From contig CAVSCK010000005.1 in assembly GCA_963726455.1 (NCBI GenBank), positions 544,001-608,000 of the forward strand: 64,000 nt of DNA. Direction: 5' to 3'. The position numbers were made by a program, and so were the translations under genes. The DNA is from an uncultured bacterium (GTDB taxonomy: Bacteria > Zixibacteria > MSB-5A5 > CAIYYT01). The notes beneath the pieces were generated by a model that saw only the letters and a list, made by a program, of their open reading frames with translations, did not search any database and had not been told where the DNA came from. Positions 20,377-29,622 of the stretch are shown here, piece by piece (positions within the stretch are counted from its first letter, which is position 1; the number at the start of each line of letters is the position of its first letter).

Positions 20377-21573
20377 ATGTTGTCGAGAAACAGATTTCCT
20401 GTCTTCGCCGCATTACTGGTCGTGGTGGTTGCGCTATTCCTAGCCGGCTGTAGTAGCAGCAGCAGCCCCAATAACTCGGCCAGCGGCAACCCTTTCAACC
20501 AGACTTTTGGCGGTCTTGCTCCCACAAGTGAAAGCCCTGCCTTTGGTGATCCGATGCTGATGACCATGGCAGGCGACGATGATGCTCACGACAATCTCAG
20601 TTCATCACCCGACATTGATTCACTGAACCATCAGGCGGGAGTCAATGTGTTTTCGGTGGAATTCAAGTGGGGACATTTGCAGCTCGATTCGACGGAGACT
20701 GCCGTCACCGACTGGTCCGGCTCGCTGACAATTCAGCGCGGCGCGATTATTGCGGTCCGCACTATCGGGTTTGATGCCGGAGACTATCTGGTTCTTCCCC
20801 GGCACCAGCGCACCGAGTTGGATTGGGTCAGCCACACCAAACAGTCTTTTGACGGCATCCTCGTCTACGTCTACGATCCGACCGGGGGACAGTATTACGG
20901 GAACAATCTCACCTTTACCACTGCGCCGTACACGCATACGTTCAACACAAGTCAACTTGACTCGCTTAGCGAATTGGTTAACGTCGGGAACAATCAAGTC
21001 TCGATCAATGCGCTTAAGCTGACTCAGGCCGACTGCAGCGCGGGTTTTCTCAACGGTCGGTTTATTCGTAGCGAGGCAGATCGGGATACAGGAAAATTCC
21101 TTGGACTCTGGGTGTCACGAGGCGGACTGCTTTTCGGTCACTTCAAAGGGCATTTCGGCGTCAGGGATGATGGCACGCGCGTTCTGTTTGGCAAATGGAT
21201 CAGCGCCGGGCCGCCGGATGAAAGCGATGCTGCCGGCACGTTCCGGGGACTTCTCAAAGGACAGTGGGGTTATGATGCCAATGTTGATCCGGTGCTCCTC
21301 AATCATGGCTGGTTTCAGGGCGACATTTATGACCGGTCATTAACAGTCATCGGACACTTCAACGGCACCTGGGTGGCTGTGGCTCCCAGCGGTGGCTCTG
21401 GTAATGGGAATGGTGGCAATGGTGGTGGCAACGGTGGAGGCGGCAACGGAGGCGGAGGAGGAGGAGGTGGTGGCGGTTATGGTGGCTACAAACTCACCGG
21501 TTCCGACGATGGCTCCAGCCACAAAGGTTTCGGCTTCCTGGCTGGCGACTGGACCGCCCAGTGCCAGCAGTGA
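20377..21573 (+). CDS. Hypothetical lipoprotein, paralogue A (Gly-rich insert)
   Basis: LAGC lipobox; clear similarity to 21960-23057. Confidence 0.8.
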   Translation: MLSRNRFPVFAALLVVVVALFLAGCSSSSSPNNSASGNPFNQTFGGLAPTSESPAFGDPMLMTMAGDDDAHDNLSSSPDIDSLNHQAGVNVFSVEFKWGHLQLDSTETAVTDWSGSLTIQRGAIIAVRTIGFDAGDYLVLPRHQRTELDWVSHTKQSFDGILVYVYDPTGGQYYGNNLTFTTAPYTHTFNTSQLDSLSELVNVGNNQVSINALKLTQADCSAGFLNGRFIRSEADRDTGKFLGLWVSRGGLLFGHFKGHFGVRDDGTRVLFGKWISAGPPDESDAAGTFRGLLKGQWGYDANVDPVLLNHGWFQGDIYDRSLTVIGHFNGTWVAVAPSGGSGNGNGGNGGGNGGGGNGGGGGGGGGGYGGYKLTGSDDGSSHKGFGFLAGDWTAQCQQ

Positions 21574-21614
21574 GTTGAAAATCACGTCAGCCGGTCAGAA
21601 CAATCTTGAAATGC

Positions 21615-21642
21615 GAAGCCCGTGTCTTTCGGCACGGGCTTC
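21615..21642 (+). terminator. Hairpin terminator
   Basis: GAAGCCCGTGTC-TTTC-GGCACGGGCTTC. Confidence 0.65.
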
Positions 21643-21959
21643 TGTCTAATCGATTCTTACTTCCCTTATCGGTCAGTCCGCCATAGTTGGATTATTCCGA
21701 GCGAATACTATGGCATCGTCTTGATGAATCCAATTATATTGTCGCTGTCGCCACGGTGCGATACAGTATTTTCTGAGTGGCATAACTGACGGCAAATCAA
21801 AGCGATCGGCCCGACGGCCTGTTCGTATCGGCGAATTGACTGCAACGCAAGCAGCACCGGCGCGTAAAATAGTACGCAAGTCCCGGATGCGGCAAAGTGT
21901 CATATTCACTGTCCTGAATCTGACACCCACACGGGTCAAAATTAACAAGGAGAACAGAT

Positions 21960-23057
21960 ATGTCGCTGCGTAACAATCTCTTTTTCTTGCTCGTCGCTCT
22001 CGTTCTGGCCGCACTGCTGGCCGGATGCAGCAGCTCGACGTCACCGGTCCCCACCGGCGACAATACTTTCAACGACAAGTTTGGTGGATTGACTCCTACA
22101 AGTGAAACGCCGGCCTTTGGCGATACCGAATTGTCGGCGATGGTTGCTGGTATGGATGCCGACGATCCGATGGACTCCACCTCCGATGTCGATTCGCTGC
22201 GAAACATGGCCAATGTGAATGTATACTCGGTCAAGTTCAGGTGGGGCCATCTTCAATACGATTCGACAGAAACGGCAATCACAGACTGGTCCGGAACGCT
22301 GACTCTTGACCGGGGCGCTATTATTGCCGTGCGCACAGTCGGCTTTGAAGAGGGGGACCATATCGTCCGCCCCCGCGAATCCCGCACTGTCCTGCAATGG
22401 GTCAGCCGCACCAAACAGGCGGCCGACGGCATCATTGTGTTGGTCTACGATCCCAATCCGCAGGCGTACCAAACTCCGAACACGTTGACGTTTGCGACCA
22501 CGCCTTATACTCACGCCTTCGCGATGAGTGATCTTGATTCGCTCGACGAGTTGGTCAATGTCGGCGCCAACCAGGTCGCAATCACGTCGCTGAAGCTGAA
22601 TCATTTCCCGTGCAGTCAGGGTTATCTTGATGGCCACTGGATGCGCAGCGAGCAGAATCGCGACACGGGCGTATTCAAGGGACTCTGGGTTTCCGGCAAT
22701 GGTTTGGTTTTTGGTCATTACAAAGGGCGCTTTGGTGTCCGTAGTGACGGCTCACGCGTCATGTATGGCAAATGGATTAGTGCCGGACCGCCGGACGATG
22801 ATGTTGCAGCCGGCTCATTCAAAGGTTTGCTCAAAGGCACCTGGGGATACGATGCGAATGTCGACCCGATCCTGCTCAATCATGGCTGGTTCCATGGCGA
22901 CATTTATGACCGCACGATGAACATAATCGGTCAATATAACGGCACCTGGGTGGCGGCAGCACCAAGTGCCGGCGGAGTCGATCCCGGTAACAACGAACAT
23001 CGCCACAAAGGTTTTGGCTTCATGAGCGGCGACTGGGTTTCCCAATGCCAACAATGA
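21960..23057 (+). CDS. Hypothetical lipoprotein, paralogue B
   Basis: AAGGAG RBS, LAGC lipobox, shares PTSE.PAFGD, GKWISAGPPD, WGYDANVDP with paralogue A. Confidence 0.85.
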   Translation: MSLRNNLFFLLVALVLAALLAGCSSSTSPVPTGDNTFNDKFGGLTPTSETPAFGDTELSAMVAGMDADDPMDSTSDVDSLRNMANVNVYSVKFRWGHLQYDSTETAITDWSGTLTLDRGAIIAVRTVGFEEGDHIVRPRESRTVLQWVSRTKQAADGIIVLVYDPNPQAYQTPNTLTFATTPYTHAFAMSDLDSLDELVNVGANQVAITSLKLNHFPCSQGYLDGHWMRSEQNRDTGVFKGLWVSGNGLVFGHYKGRFGVRSDGSRVMYGKWISAGPPDDDVAAGSFKGLLKGTWGYDANVDPILLNHGWFHGDIYDRTMNIIGQYNGTWVAAAPSAGGVDPGNNEHRHKGFGFMSGDWVSQCQQ

Positions 23058-23088
23058 CGCCGGCATATTGATTTTCATCAAGAACAGA

Positions 23089-23116
23089 AAAGCCCGTGTC
23101 ATGTGACACGGGCTTT
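23089..23116. terminator. Bidirectional hairpin terminator
   Basis: AAAGCCCGTGTCA-TG-TGACACGGGCTTT between convergent genes. Confidence 0.7.
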
Positions 23117-23179
23117 AATTCTTGCGGGTATTCATTTTCATTGATGAAACATGGCGGGCACTGTCAACAGAACATGTAG

Positions 23180-23833
23180 TTAGTCGGAAACTGCTTCAGC
23201 AACGATTGTGGGAAACAGGGCAAGAGGTGCCAGTATCGCTCCGGGGTAGCATCCAAAGCTGACTCCAATATACCAATTTGTTTCGGTAAACGGTGGAGGA
23301 ATCAGACTGGGATCAAAATACTCGCCCGGCCTTGGTTTATAACGGAAATGTTCCACCTGAAGGTACAGGGACACCCAATCACCAGCTCCCATTGATAGAG
23401 TTCCCGTAATGCTCGGATTTGCTAGTACGAAGGGACTCTTCTCCGAGAACTGGGAAATCGTCAAGCCGGCGGCCAAGTCAACTCGCAGTCCGCGACTAAG
23501 CCATCGTCTTACTCGTGGTTTGAGCGCAACTACATAAGCATGATTATTATCTTGATCGTAGATAAAGTTAAGTGTTCCCCCGACAGCCCATTGGGAGTCG
23601 ATCTTGTGGAGTGCGCCGACCTCCCAACTAAAATGCCACTCATACAGCGGTTTTTCCAATGTATGCGCTACTGCCGTTTCAGTAATCAACGAGGTGTTGC
23701 AGCCGGAGCCGCTGCTGCTCATGAAACAGAATGCCGGCCGGCCCGTTTGAGGATCATTCATTTTCTGTGCCGTCACCGAGCCGCCCAACACGAAGATGAA
23801 CATCAAGCCGAATGTCATTAGCTTTTGGAGATT
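23180..23833 (-). CDS. Hypothetical exported protein, possibly a small beta-barrel
   Basis: Signal peptide, alternating hydrophobic strands. Confidence 0.5.
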   Translation of the reverse strand, partial: NLQKLMTFGLMFIFVLGGSVTAQKMNDPQTGRPAFCFMSSSGSGCNTSLITETAVAHTLEKPLYEWHFSWEVGALHKIDSQWAVGGTLNFIYDQDNNHAYVVALKPRVRRWLSRGLRVDLAAGLTISQFSEKSPFVLANPSITGTLSMGAGDWVSLYLQVEHFRYKPRPGEYFDPSLIPPPFTETNWYIGVSFGCYPGAILAPLALFPTIVAEAVSD

Positions 23834-23866
23834 CATCTGATTCCCATGGCATTTTTGCACCGACGC

Positions 23867-24769
23867 TTAATACAACCTCGCCCGCTTGTTCAGGAACGCA
23901 AACAGCGATTTGTCGTACGCCGTCGCGGTGTCGATCGGTACATAATCGATGTTCGACATGCGGCACTCGCGCGCAAACCGATCCAGCACTTCGCCGATGA
24001 TGCGCTGATAATCCTTCTTGATCTGCCAGGGCAGCGTGTTTATCTGCTCGCCGGTCTCCATGTCTTTGAAAATCGCTTCCAGCGGAAATGAAAAATCGCG
24101 TTCCTTGGGATCGAGCACGTGGAAAACAATCACTTCATGCTTGCGATGGCGAAAATGTTTGAGTCCCGCCAGAATCTGATTCGGTTCATCGAGCAAGTCG
24201 GAAATCAGGATCACCAGACCGCGCCGCTTGATTCGCTCCGCCATTTCGTGCAACGTGCCCGCAATATTCGTCTTCTCGGTCGGCTTGAACTGCTCCATCT
24301 CGCGCAGCAGCACATGCAGATGCGACGCCGCCGACCGGGGTGGAACATAGGTGTTGATCTTTTCATCGAATCCGACCAACCCGACCGCATCGCGCTGTTT
24401 CAACATCAGAAACGACAGCGCGGCCGCCAACTGTAATCCATAGGTCAACTTGTCGGTGCGGCCATCGGCGGCAAAAGCCATTGATCGTGAACAATCAATC
24501 AACAGATATGACTTGAGGTTGGTCTCTTCCTCATATTCCTTGATGAAGAACCGATCCGACTTGGCGTAAACTTTCCAGTCGATGTTGCGAATCGGATCCC
24601 CCGGCATGTATTGCCGATGCTCGGCGAACTCGACCGAGAAGCCATGATACGGCGACCGGTGCAATCCGGCGATAAAGCCCTCGACCACCAGTCGTGCCTT
24701 GATCTCCAACCCCTTGAGGCGGCTGACGACGTCCGGCTGTAAGTATTTGGTGTGCGCCCGTTCCTGCAT
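23867..24769 (-). CDS. DUF58 (vWA-like) protein of MoxR clusters
   Basis: GLHRSPYHGFSVEFAEHRQYMPGD.RNIDWK, IKEYEEETN, DCSRSM. Confidence 0.92.
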   Translation of the reverse strand: MQERAHTKYLQPDVVSRLKGLEIKARLVVEGFIAGLHRSPYHGFSVEFAEHRQYMPGDPIRNIDWKVYAKSDRFFIKEYEEETNLKSYLLIDCSRSMAFAADGRTDKLTYGLQLAAALSFLMLKQRDAVGLVGFDEKINTYVPPRSAASHLHVLLREMEQFKPTEKTNIAGTLHEMAERIKRRGLVILISDLLDEPNQILAGLKHFRHRKHEVIVFHVLDPKERDFSFPLEAIFKDMETGEQINTLPWQIKKDYQRIIGEVLDRFARECRMSNIDYVPIDTATAYDKSLFAFLNKRARLY

Positions 24770-24934
24770 ACTTCATTTATACACAATTTCGTGCCATTTG
24801 GTCAAGGAAAGATGCAGATTGCCTGCCTTGCCCCACCAGAGTCGCGAAAGAGGTGTCGCCTTGACGTCTGCGCGCAATTTCCATTTCTTCACTCCATGAT
24901 CGCGTATCTTTATGTGATGTAGAGACAGAGGGTA

Positions 24935-26053
24935 TTGGTACCGATAATTGACTATATGAATCCATTGGGAATATTCCGCTTCTTCAGCACCGTTTATCGC
25001 CACGGCCGCAATGACCGAAAGCAGTTCGGCGTGGGCTTTCTCACGCAGGCAAAGGAGGTCTTGGCGCTGCGCCGGCTCAACGGTTTGGAGCCGTACGAGT
25101 ATTTTACTTACCACCTGACAAATCCTTCGCTGACCTGGGACGACAAGGCCGCCTACCTCAGCTATAATCAGGTTTGTGCACTTCATCGCGAACTGTCGCC
25201 CATGCAGGATCGTGCCATCACCGCGAAATTCATCACTGATAGATTCTTCAGTTGGTTCGGTATTGCCATGCCGCACAACTACGGTATTTACGATCCGAGA
25301 TTTGGCAGAACCGCCGAGGGGAAACCACTGACCGGCTTCGACGAGTTTCGTGAGTTGGTGACCTCGCTGCCGAAGGATAAGTTCATTCTCAAACCCGCCG
25401 CCAGCGCCAAAGGCACGGGCATTACGGCTATTGTCGGGCGGGAGGATTCGTTATTTGTTTCGGCGTCCGGGGAGAGACTAACGGCCGAGCAGCTTTTCGA
25501 AAAGTGCCTCTGGGGCTGGAAAACGACCTACTCGCGCACACCACAAGGATTACTGGTTCAGGAATTTATCGAGCAGCACGAATTGCTGCAGCGCATCCAG
25601 CCGCACAGTCTGAATACCCTGCGCGTGATTACGTTCATGAATGACGAGGACCGCGTCGAAGTCCTGACAACGATGATCAAATTTGGTCTCGGGACGAGCA
25701 TGGTCGACAACATCTCTCGCGGGGGAATGGCGGCGCGGGTTGACAACGGAGTCATTCAGGATGCTTACATGGAAGATTCCGGCGACTACCAGCCGGTCCA
25801 AAAGCACCCCGACACTAACGGACAAATCACAGGGATTCGACTGCCCTATTTTGACGAAGCCGTGGCGCTCGCCGTCCGCGGACAACAACACATCCCGCAA
25901 TTGCGTACGCTCGGTTGGGATATCGCCATTACGCCGACCGGCCCAATCATTATCGAAGTGAATGTCTTCTGGGGTAATGTCACGCAGGCAGTCACCCGCA
26001 AGGGAATGATCACCCCCGGCCTCCGGCAGGTCCTCGACCGCATTAAGTGGTGA
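24935..26053 (+). CDS. Sugar-transfer-associated ATP-grasp protein
   Basis: ILKPAASAKGTGI, VQEFIEQH, SLNTLRVIT, DNISRGG, GWDIAITPTGPIIIEVN. Confidence 0.8.
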   Translation: MVPIIDYMNPLGIFRFFSTVYRHGRNDRKQFGVGFLTQAKEVLALRRLNGLEPYEYFTYHLTNPSLTWDDKAAYLSYNQVCALHRELSPMQDRAITAKFITDRFFSWFGIAMPHNYGIYDPRFGRTAEGKPLTGFDEFRELVTSLPKDKFILKPAASAKGTGITAIVGREDSLFVSASGERLTAEQLFEKCLWGWKTTYSRTPQGLLVQEFIEQHELLQRIQPHSLNTLRVITFMNDEDRVEVLTTMIKFGLGTSMVDNISRGGMAARVDNGVIQDAYMEDSGDYQPVQKHPDTNGQITGIRLPYFDEAVALAVRGQQHIPQLRTLGWDIAITPTGPIIIEVNVFWGNVTQAVTRKGMITPGLRQVLDRIKW

Positions 26054-26102
26054 CCACTCACCGCATGGATCCGTTCGGCATCTGTAACATTCAACGAGTA
26101 GT

Positions 26103-26534
26103 CAGTAGGTTGAACATTCATGTTTGACCCTTTGCCCACGTGGAAGCGTACGCCCCAACAATGGACAAGCAAGAATGCTTATCCTACTGCTCCTCCCCCT
26201 CTACCTTGGGGAGAGGGGCCGGGGGTGAGGGAGCACAACTCGACTATGCAGCGTTCAGTAGGTTGAACATTCCTGTTTGACCCTTTGCCCACGTGGAAGC
26301 GTACGCCCCAACAATGGACAAGCAAGAATGCTTATCCTACTGTTCCTCCCCTCTACCTTTGGGAGAGGGGCCGGGGGTGAGGGAGCACAACTCGACTATG
26401 CAGCGTTCAGTAGGTTGAACATTCCTGTTTGACCCTTTGCCCACGTGGAGGCGTACGCCCCAACAATGGACAAGCAAGAATGCTTATCCTACTGTTCCTC
26501 CCCTCTACCTTTGGGAGAGGGGCCGGGGGTGAGG
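26103..26534. repeat. Tandem array of 3 x ~153 bp composite REP units (families A and B)
   Basis: Units start 26103, 26256, 26408: GTAGGTTGAACATTCCTGTTTGACC...GGACAAGCAAGAATGCTTATCCTAC plus CCCTCT..GGGAGAGGGGCCGGGGGTGAGGG. Confidence 0.95.
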
Positions 26535-26561
26535 GATTTGCCGTTCGACAATTCTCGCCTA

Positions 26562-26990
26562 TCAATTATTGAACAACTCATTCCGCACCAATTCAACGAT
26601 TGTTTCGCGGCTATCTCTGTACGCCTCCCACACCGACGCGCACCATTTCTTTATCGCTTCGTCGCGCGGATTACCCGGATGGGCTTTGAGAACATCAAAG
26701 ACCGTGATGGCGCCGCGGTCTGCAGGCAGCGTGATTGCCGGCCACGATTTCTTACCGCCGGCTAGCTTCATATGCGCGAACTGTATCTTTTTGCCAGTAT
26801 GGTTCTTCTCCACACACAGATAGAGACCAACCAGCGCGAAAATTATCGTAATCGGTTTTGTCTTATCGTCGGCATACTGCGCCGCAAACGCGTCGACCAC
26901 ATGTTGGTGAATAAAGGCGGGGCTGGAATGTGCAAGGGTATACAGAGACAGTTTGTTATATGCTTCCTGTTCCGTCAACTTCTGATTCAT
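26562..26990 (-). CDS. DUF5946-like protein
   Basis: YTLAH..PAFIHQHVVDAFAAQ, ALVGLYL, WCASVWEA. Confidence 0.65.
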   Translation of the reverse strand: MNQKLTEQEAYNKLSLYTLAHSSPAFIHQHVVDAFAAQYADDKTKPITIIFALVGLYLCVEKNHTGKKIQFAHMKLAGGKKSWPAITLPADRGAITVFDVLKAHPGNPRDEAIKKWCASVWEAYRDSRETIVELVRNELFNN

Positions 26991-27021
26991 GCGATTAAGA
27001 ATGTTATACGGAACTTCTTCA

Positions 27022-27594
27022 TTATCCCCCCTTGGCATTCTTCATCGCTTGAAACCACTCGTCAATTTCCTCGTCGGGATGCGTCTTGAGCAATTTCAAA
27101 ATTTCGCGTGCAAATTCCAGAGCTCCCGCACCACATGCCGTAACCAAATTTCCATCGGTAACCGCCGGCACATCACGATAATTCGCCAGACCGCTGTACT
27201 CGGGGAGATGCTTCTCCAAAAACTCTACGCTGTTGCTGGTGTGGGCACATTTGCCGAACTTCCCCAACCATCCTACTGCCAGCGTGGCCCCGCAGATTCC
27301 CGCGACCGGCCTGTCGGCGGCGAGGAATTTCTGGCCTAGTTCCGTGATCGGCTTGATTTCTCCTTCCGCCCAGATTCTCGCTCCGGGCAGGATCAGAATC
27401 GAGTAATCTTCCGGCCTGATCTTGTCGATCGAGGTATCTGGTGTGACCCTCAGCCCACCCATCGAAACCACCGGTCTTCCATCCAACGAAAATGTAACAA
27501 TGCTCGCGCCCGGCGAATCCAACATCCCCGGCAACACAAACCCCAACTCCCAGTCGGCGTAACCGTCGAGCAAAAATACGGCGGCTTTGATCAT
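27022..27594 (-). CDS. DJ-1/PfpI family protein
   Basis: GYADWE, SMGGL, LILPG, VAGICGA, AVTDGNLVTA. Confidence 0.88.
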   Translation of the reverse strand: MIKAAVFLLDGYADWELGFVLPGMLDSPGASIVTFSLDGRPVVSMGGLRVTPDTSIDKIRPEDYSILILPGARIWAEGEIKPITELGQKFLAADRPVAGICGATLAVGWLGKFGKCAHTSNSVEFLEKHLPEYSGLANYRDVPAVTDGNLVTACGAGALEFAREILKLLKTHPDEEIDEWFQAMKNAKGG

Positions 27595-27628
27595 ATCGTC
27601 ATTTCCTCAAGTTGTGACGTACGGAACT

Positions 27629-28216
27629 CTATCTTCCATAGCGAATAAGCAACCGGCAGCATTCTTCATCGAACGCGCCTTCGAGATTATGATCGCGCAG
27701 AATCAGCAGCACCGGCACCAGACTAGTCACGCGAAGCCCCGCGACAATTCTTAGCGAGAAATTCGAAGCCGTCGATGTCAGTTTGAGGCAAGGCCATCCG
27801 AAGTTTTTTCCGAACTGGATATGATCGACAATTCCGTAGTCAGTCACGTACGCCCCGAGAAGAAGTCTCTTCGAGATTGCCCAGCCGTCGTACATATTGT
27901 CACTCGTGAAGATGACCCGAAGGCGCGAAACAATCCAATAATTCAGTGTCGCCAGGAAAGCGAAGAATCCCAGTCCGATATTGATATCCGGGTTGTTGAA
28001 ACCTTCGGCTGCTGACCAAAAAAGAAAGAAAACCGCTACCACTACCAGGAACGTTGGGTGAGGGATCAGTGGTCTCCCTTTCCCTTTCGGCTTGTTTTCC
28101 CAGTTGACCGAAAAGTTTCTCACAACGAGATCGGGCGCCTCCTCTACTCGCCATGAGGAGAACCGCTGCGGCTGGATGCCCAGATCGAAATCGGATGGCA
28201 GCATTTTCTTCAACAA
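27629..28216 (-). CDS. Hypothetical membrane protein
   Basis: 195-aa ORF with two TM segments, co-oriented with moxR. Confidence 0.5.
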   Translation of the reverse strand: MLKKMLPSDFDLGIQPQRFSSWRVEEAPDLVVRNFSVNWENKPKGKGRPLIPHPTFLVVVAVFFLFWSAAEGFNNPDINIGLGFFAFLATLNYWIVSRLRVIFTSDNMYDGWAISKRLLLGAYVTDYGIVDHIQFGKNFGWPCLKLTSTASNFSLRIVAGLRVTSLVPVLLILRDHNLEGAFDEECCRLLIRYGR

Positions 28217-28262
28217 GTTGGCACCACCAGCGCCAAAATCGAATGTATCAGTTTGACGATAG

Positions 28263-29270
28263 TTACTTCTCCCTCACATCCACCAGCAACTTGTCGATTA
28301 TTTCCATCGTGCCGACACCGTCCGCCTCGGCATTGAACGAGGTCACGATTCGGTGGCGCAGCACCGGCTTGGCGACCGCCTTGACATCATCCACCGATGG
28401 CGTATACCGACCGTCCAGAATCGCCCGCGTCTTGGCGCCCAGAATCAGATACTGCGACGCTCGCGGTCCGGCGCCCCAGGTCACCCAGTTGGTGATATAG
28501 TCCGCGACACCGTCCTCGTTGCGCCGGGTCGCCCGCACCAGCTTGATCGCATAATCCACCACATGATCCGACACCGGCACCTTGCGCACCAACTGCTGCA
28601 AGGCGCTGATTTCTTTGCCGGTCATCATCTTGGTGATTTCATAATTGAGCACCGCTGTCGTCGACTTGACAATCCGATGTTCTTCCTGATAGGAGGGGTA
28701 ATCCACGAAGATATTGAACATGAACCGGTCAAGCTGCGCCTCCGGCAACGGGTAAGTCCCTTCCTGCTCGATCGGGTTTTGCGTCGCCAGCACAAAGAAC
28801 GGTTCTTCCAGCTTATGCGTCTCGCCCGCCGCGGTCACCTCATGCTCCTGCATGGCCTGCAACAAGGCCGCCTGTGTCTTGGGAGGCGTGCGGTTGATTT
28901 CGTCCGCCAGCACGATATTGGCAAACACCGGCCCTTTCACGAACTTGAAATCCCGCTGTCCGGTGGACTTGTTCTCCTCGAGGATCTCTGTGCCGGTGAT
29001 ATCCGACGGCATCAAGTCCGGAGTAAACTGGATGCGGGAGAATTTCAGGTCAAGTATCCGTGCCAGTGTCGAAATCAACAGCGTCTTGGCCAGGCCCGGC
29101 ACACCTACCAACAGGCAGTGACCGTTCGACAGGAGCGCGATCAACAATTCATCGATCACCTGTTCCTGTCCGATAATTACCTTGCCAATTTCGGCCTTGA
29201 TCCGCTGGCGCGCGTCTTTGAGTCGTTCTACTGCCTGCAGGTCGGCAGCTTCCTTGATATTCTCCGTCAT
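28263..29270 (-). CDS. moxR: MoxR-family AAA+ ATPase
   Basis: GVPGLAKT, RIQFTPDLMPSD, LADEINR, ATQNPIEQEGTYPLPEAQLDRF. Confidence 0.95.
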   Translation of the reverse strand: MTENIKEAADLQAVERLKDARQRIKAEIGKVIIGQEQVIDELLIALLSNGHCLLVGVPGLAKTLLISTLARILDLKFSRIQFTPDLMPSDITGTEILEENKSTGQRDFKFVKGPVFANIVLADEINRTPPKTQAALLQAMQEHEVTAAGETHKLEEPFFVLATQNPIEQEGTYPLPEAQLDRFMFNIFVDYPSYQEEHRIVKSTTAVLNYEITKMMTGKEISALQQLVRKVPVSDHVVDYAIKLVRATRRNEDGVADYITNWVTWGAGPRASQYLILGAKTRAILDGRYTPSVDDVKAVAKPVLRHRIVTSFNAEADGVGTMEIIDKLLVDVREK

Positions 29271-29460
29271 CAACTCCTCCAAAGGTCGTTGTTTTGCAAT
29301 AATCTATTTATACCTATAAACGCACCGGCTGCCGCAATTGTTTTCGCGTCCTTTGTGCCGCTTTGGCGTTGCCCCGATTTCTGCTGCCCGCCTGAATAAA
29401 CGCTCTCTCCCCGCCCGGCGCAACGGCTTTCAACGGCATTCCGTCAGCAAAAAATTTGTC

Positions 29461-29488
29461 TTGACAGTCGGATAGTTACGGCTATATT
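29461..29488 (+). promoter_or_regulatory. sigma70-type promoter
   Basis: TTGACA-16 nt-TATATT upstream of 29623. Confidence 0.55.
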
Positions 29489-29622
29489 TCAAATACTGTC
29501 ACCGATGGCAGCTCGAAATTTAGATACTTTCTCATTACTGTTCAAAGGTTAGATCAACACTGATCCGTCGCTAACGTTCTAGGCAGACACTCACCGAACC
29601 AACCATTTTCAGAGGAGGTTTC

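Noticed and set aside
21388-21490. GGY/GGA-rich microsatellite as a phase-variation tract
   Set aside because: In-frame mixed glycine codons encoding a linker; not a homogeneous slippage repeat.
26445-26765. ORFs translated from repeats (also 44626-44885, 53595-54076, 57733-57921, 49702-49953)
   Set aside because: Peptides such as SPLPLGEGPGVR, QTGMSNLP and PSTSSGRT are read-outs of palindromic repeats, not credible proteins.
28353-29399. Long antisense ORFs (also 10432-11409, 52258-53175, 15629-16396)
   Set aside because: Shadow frames of well-supported genes on the opposite strand in GC-rich DNA.
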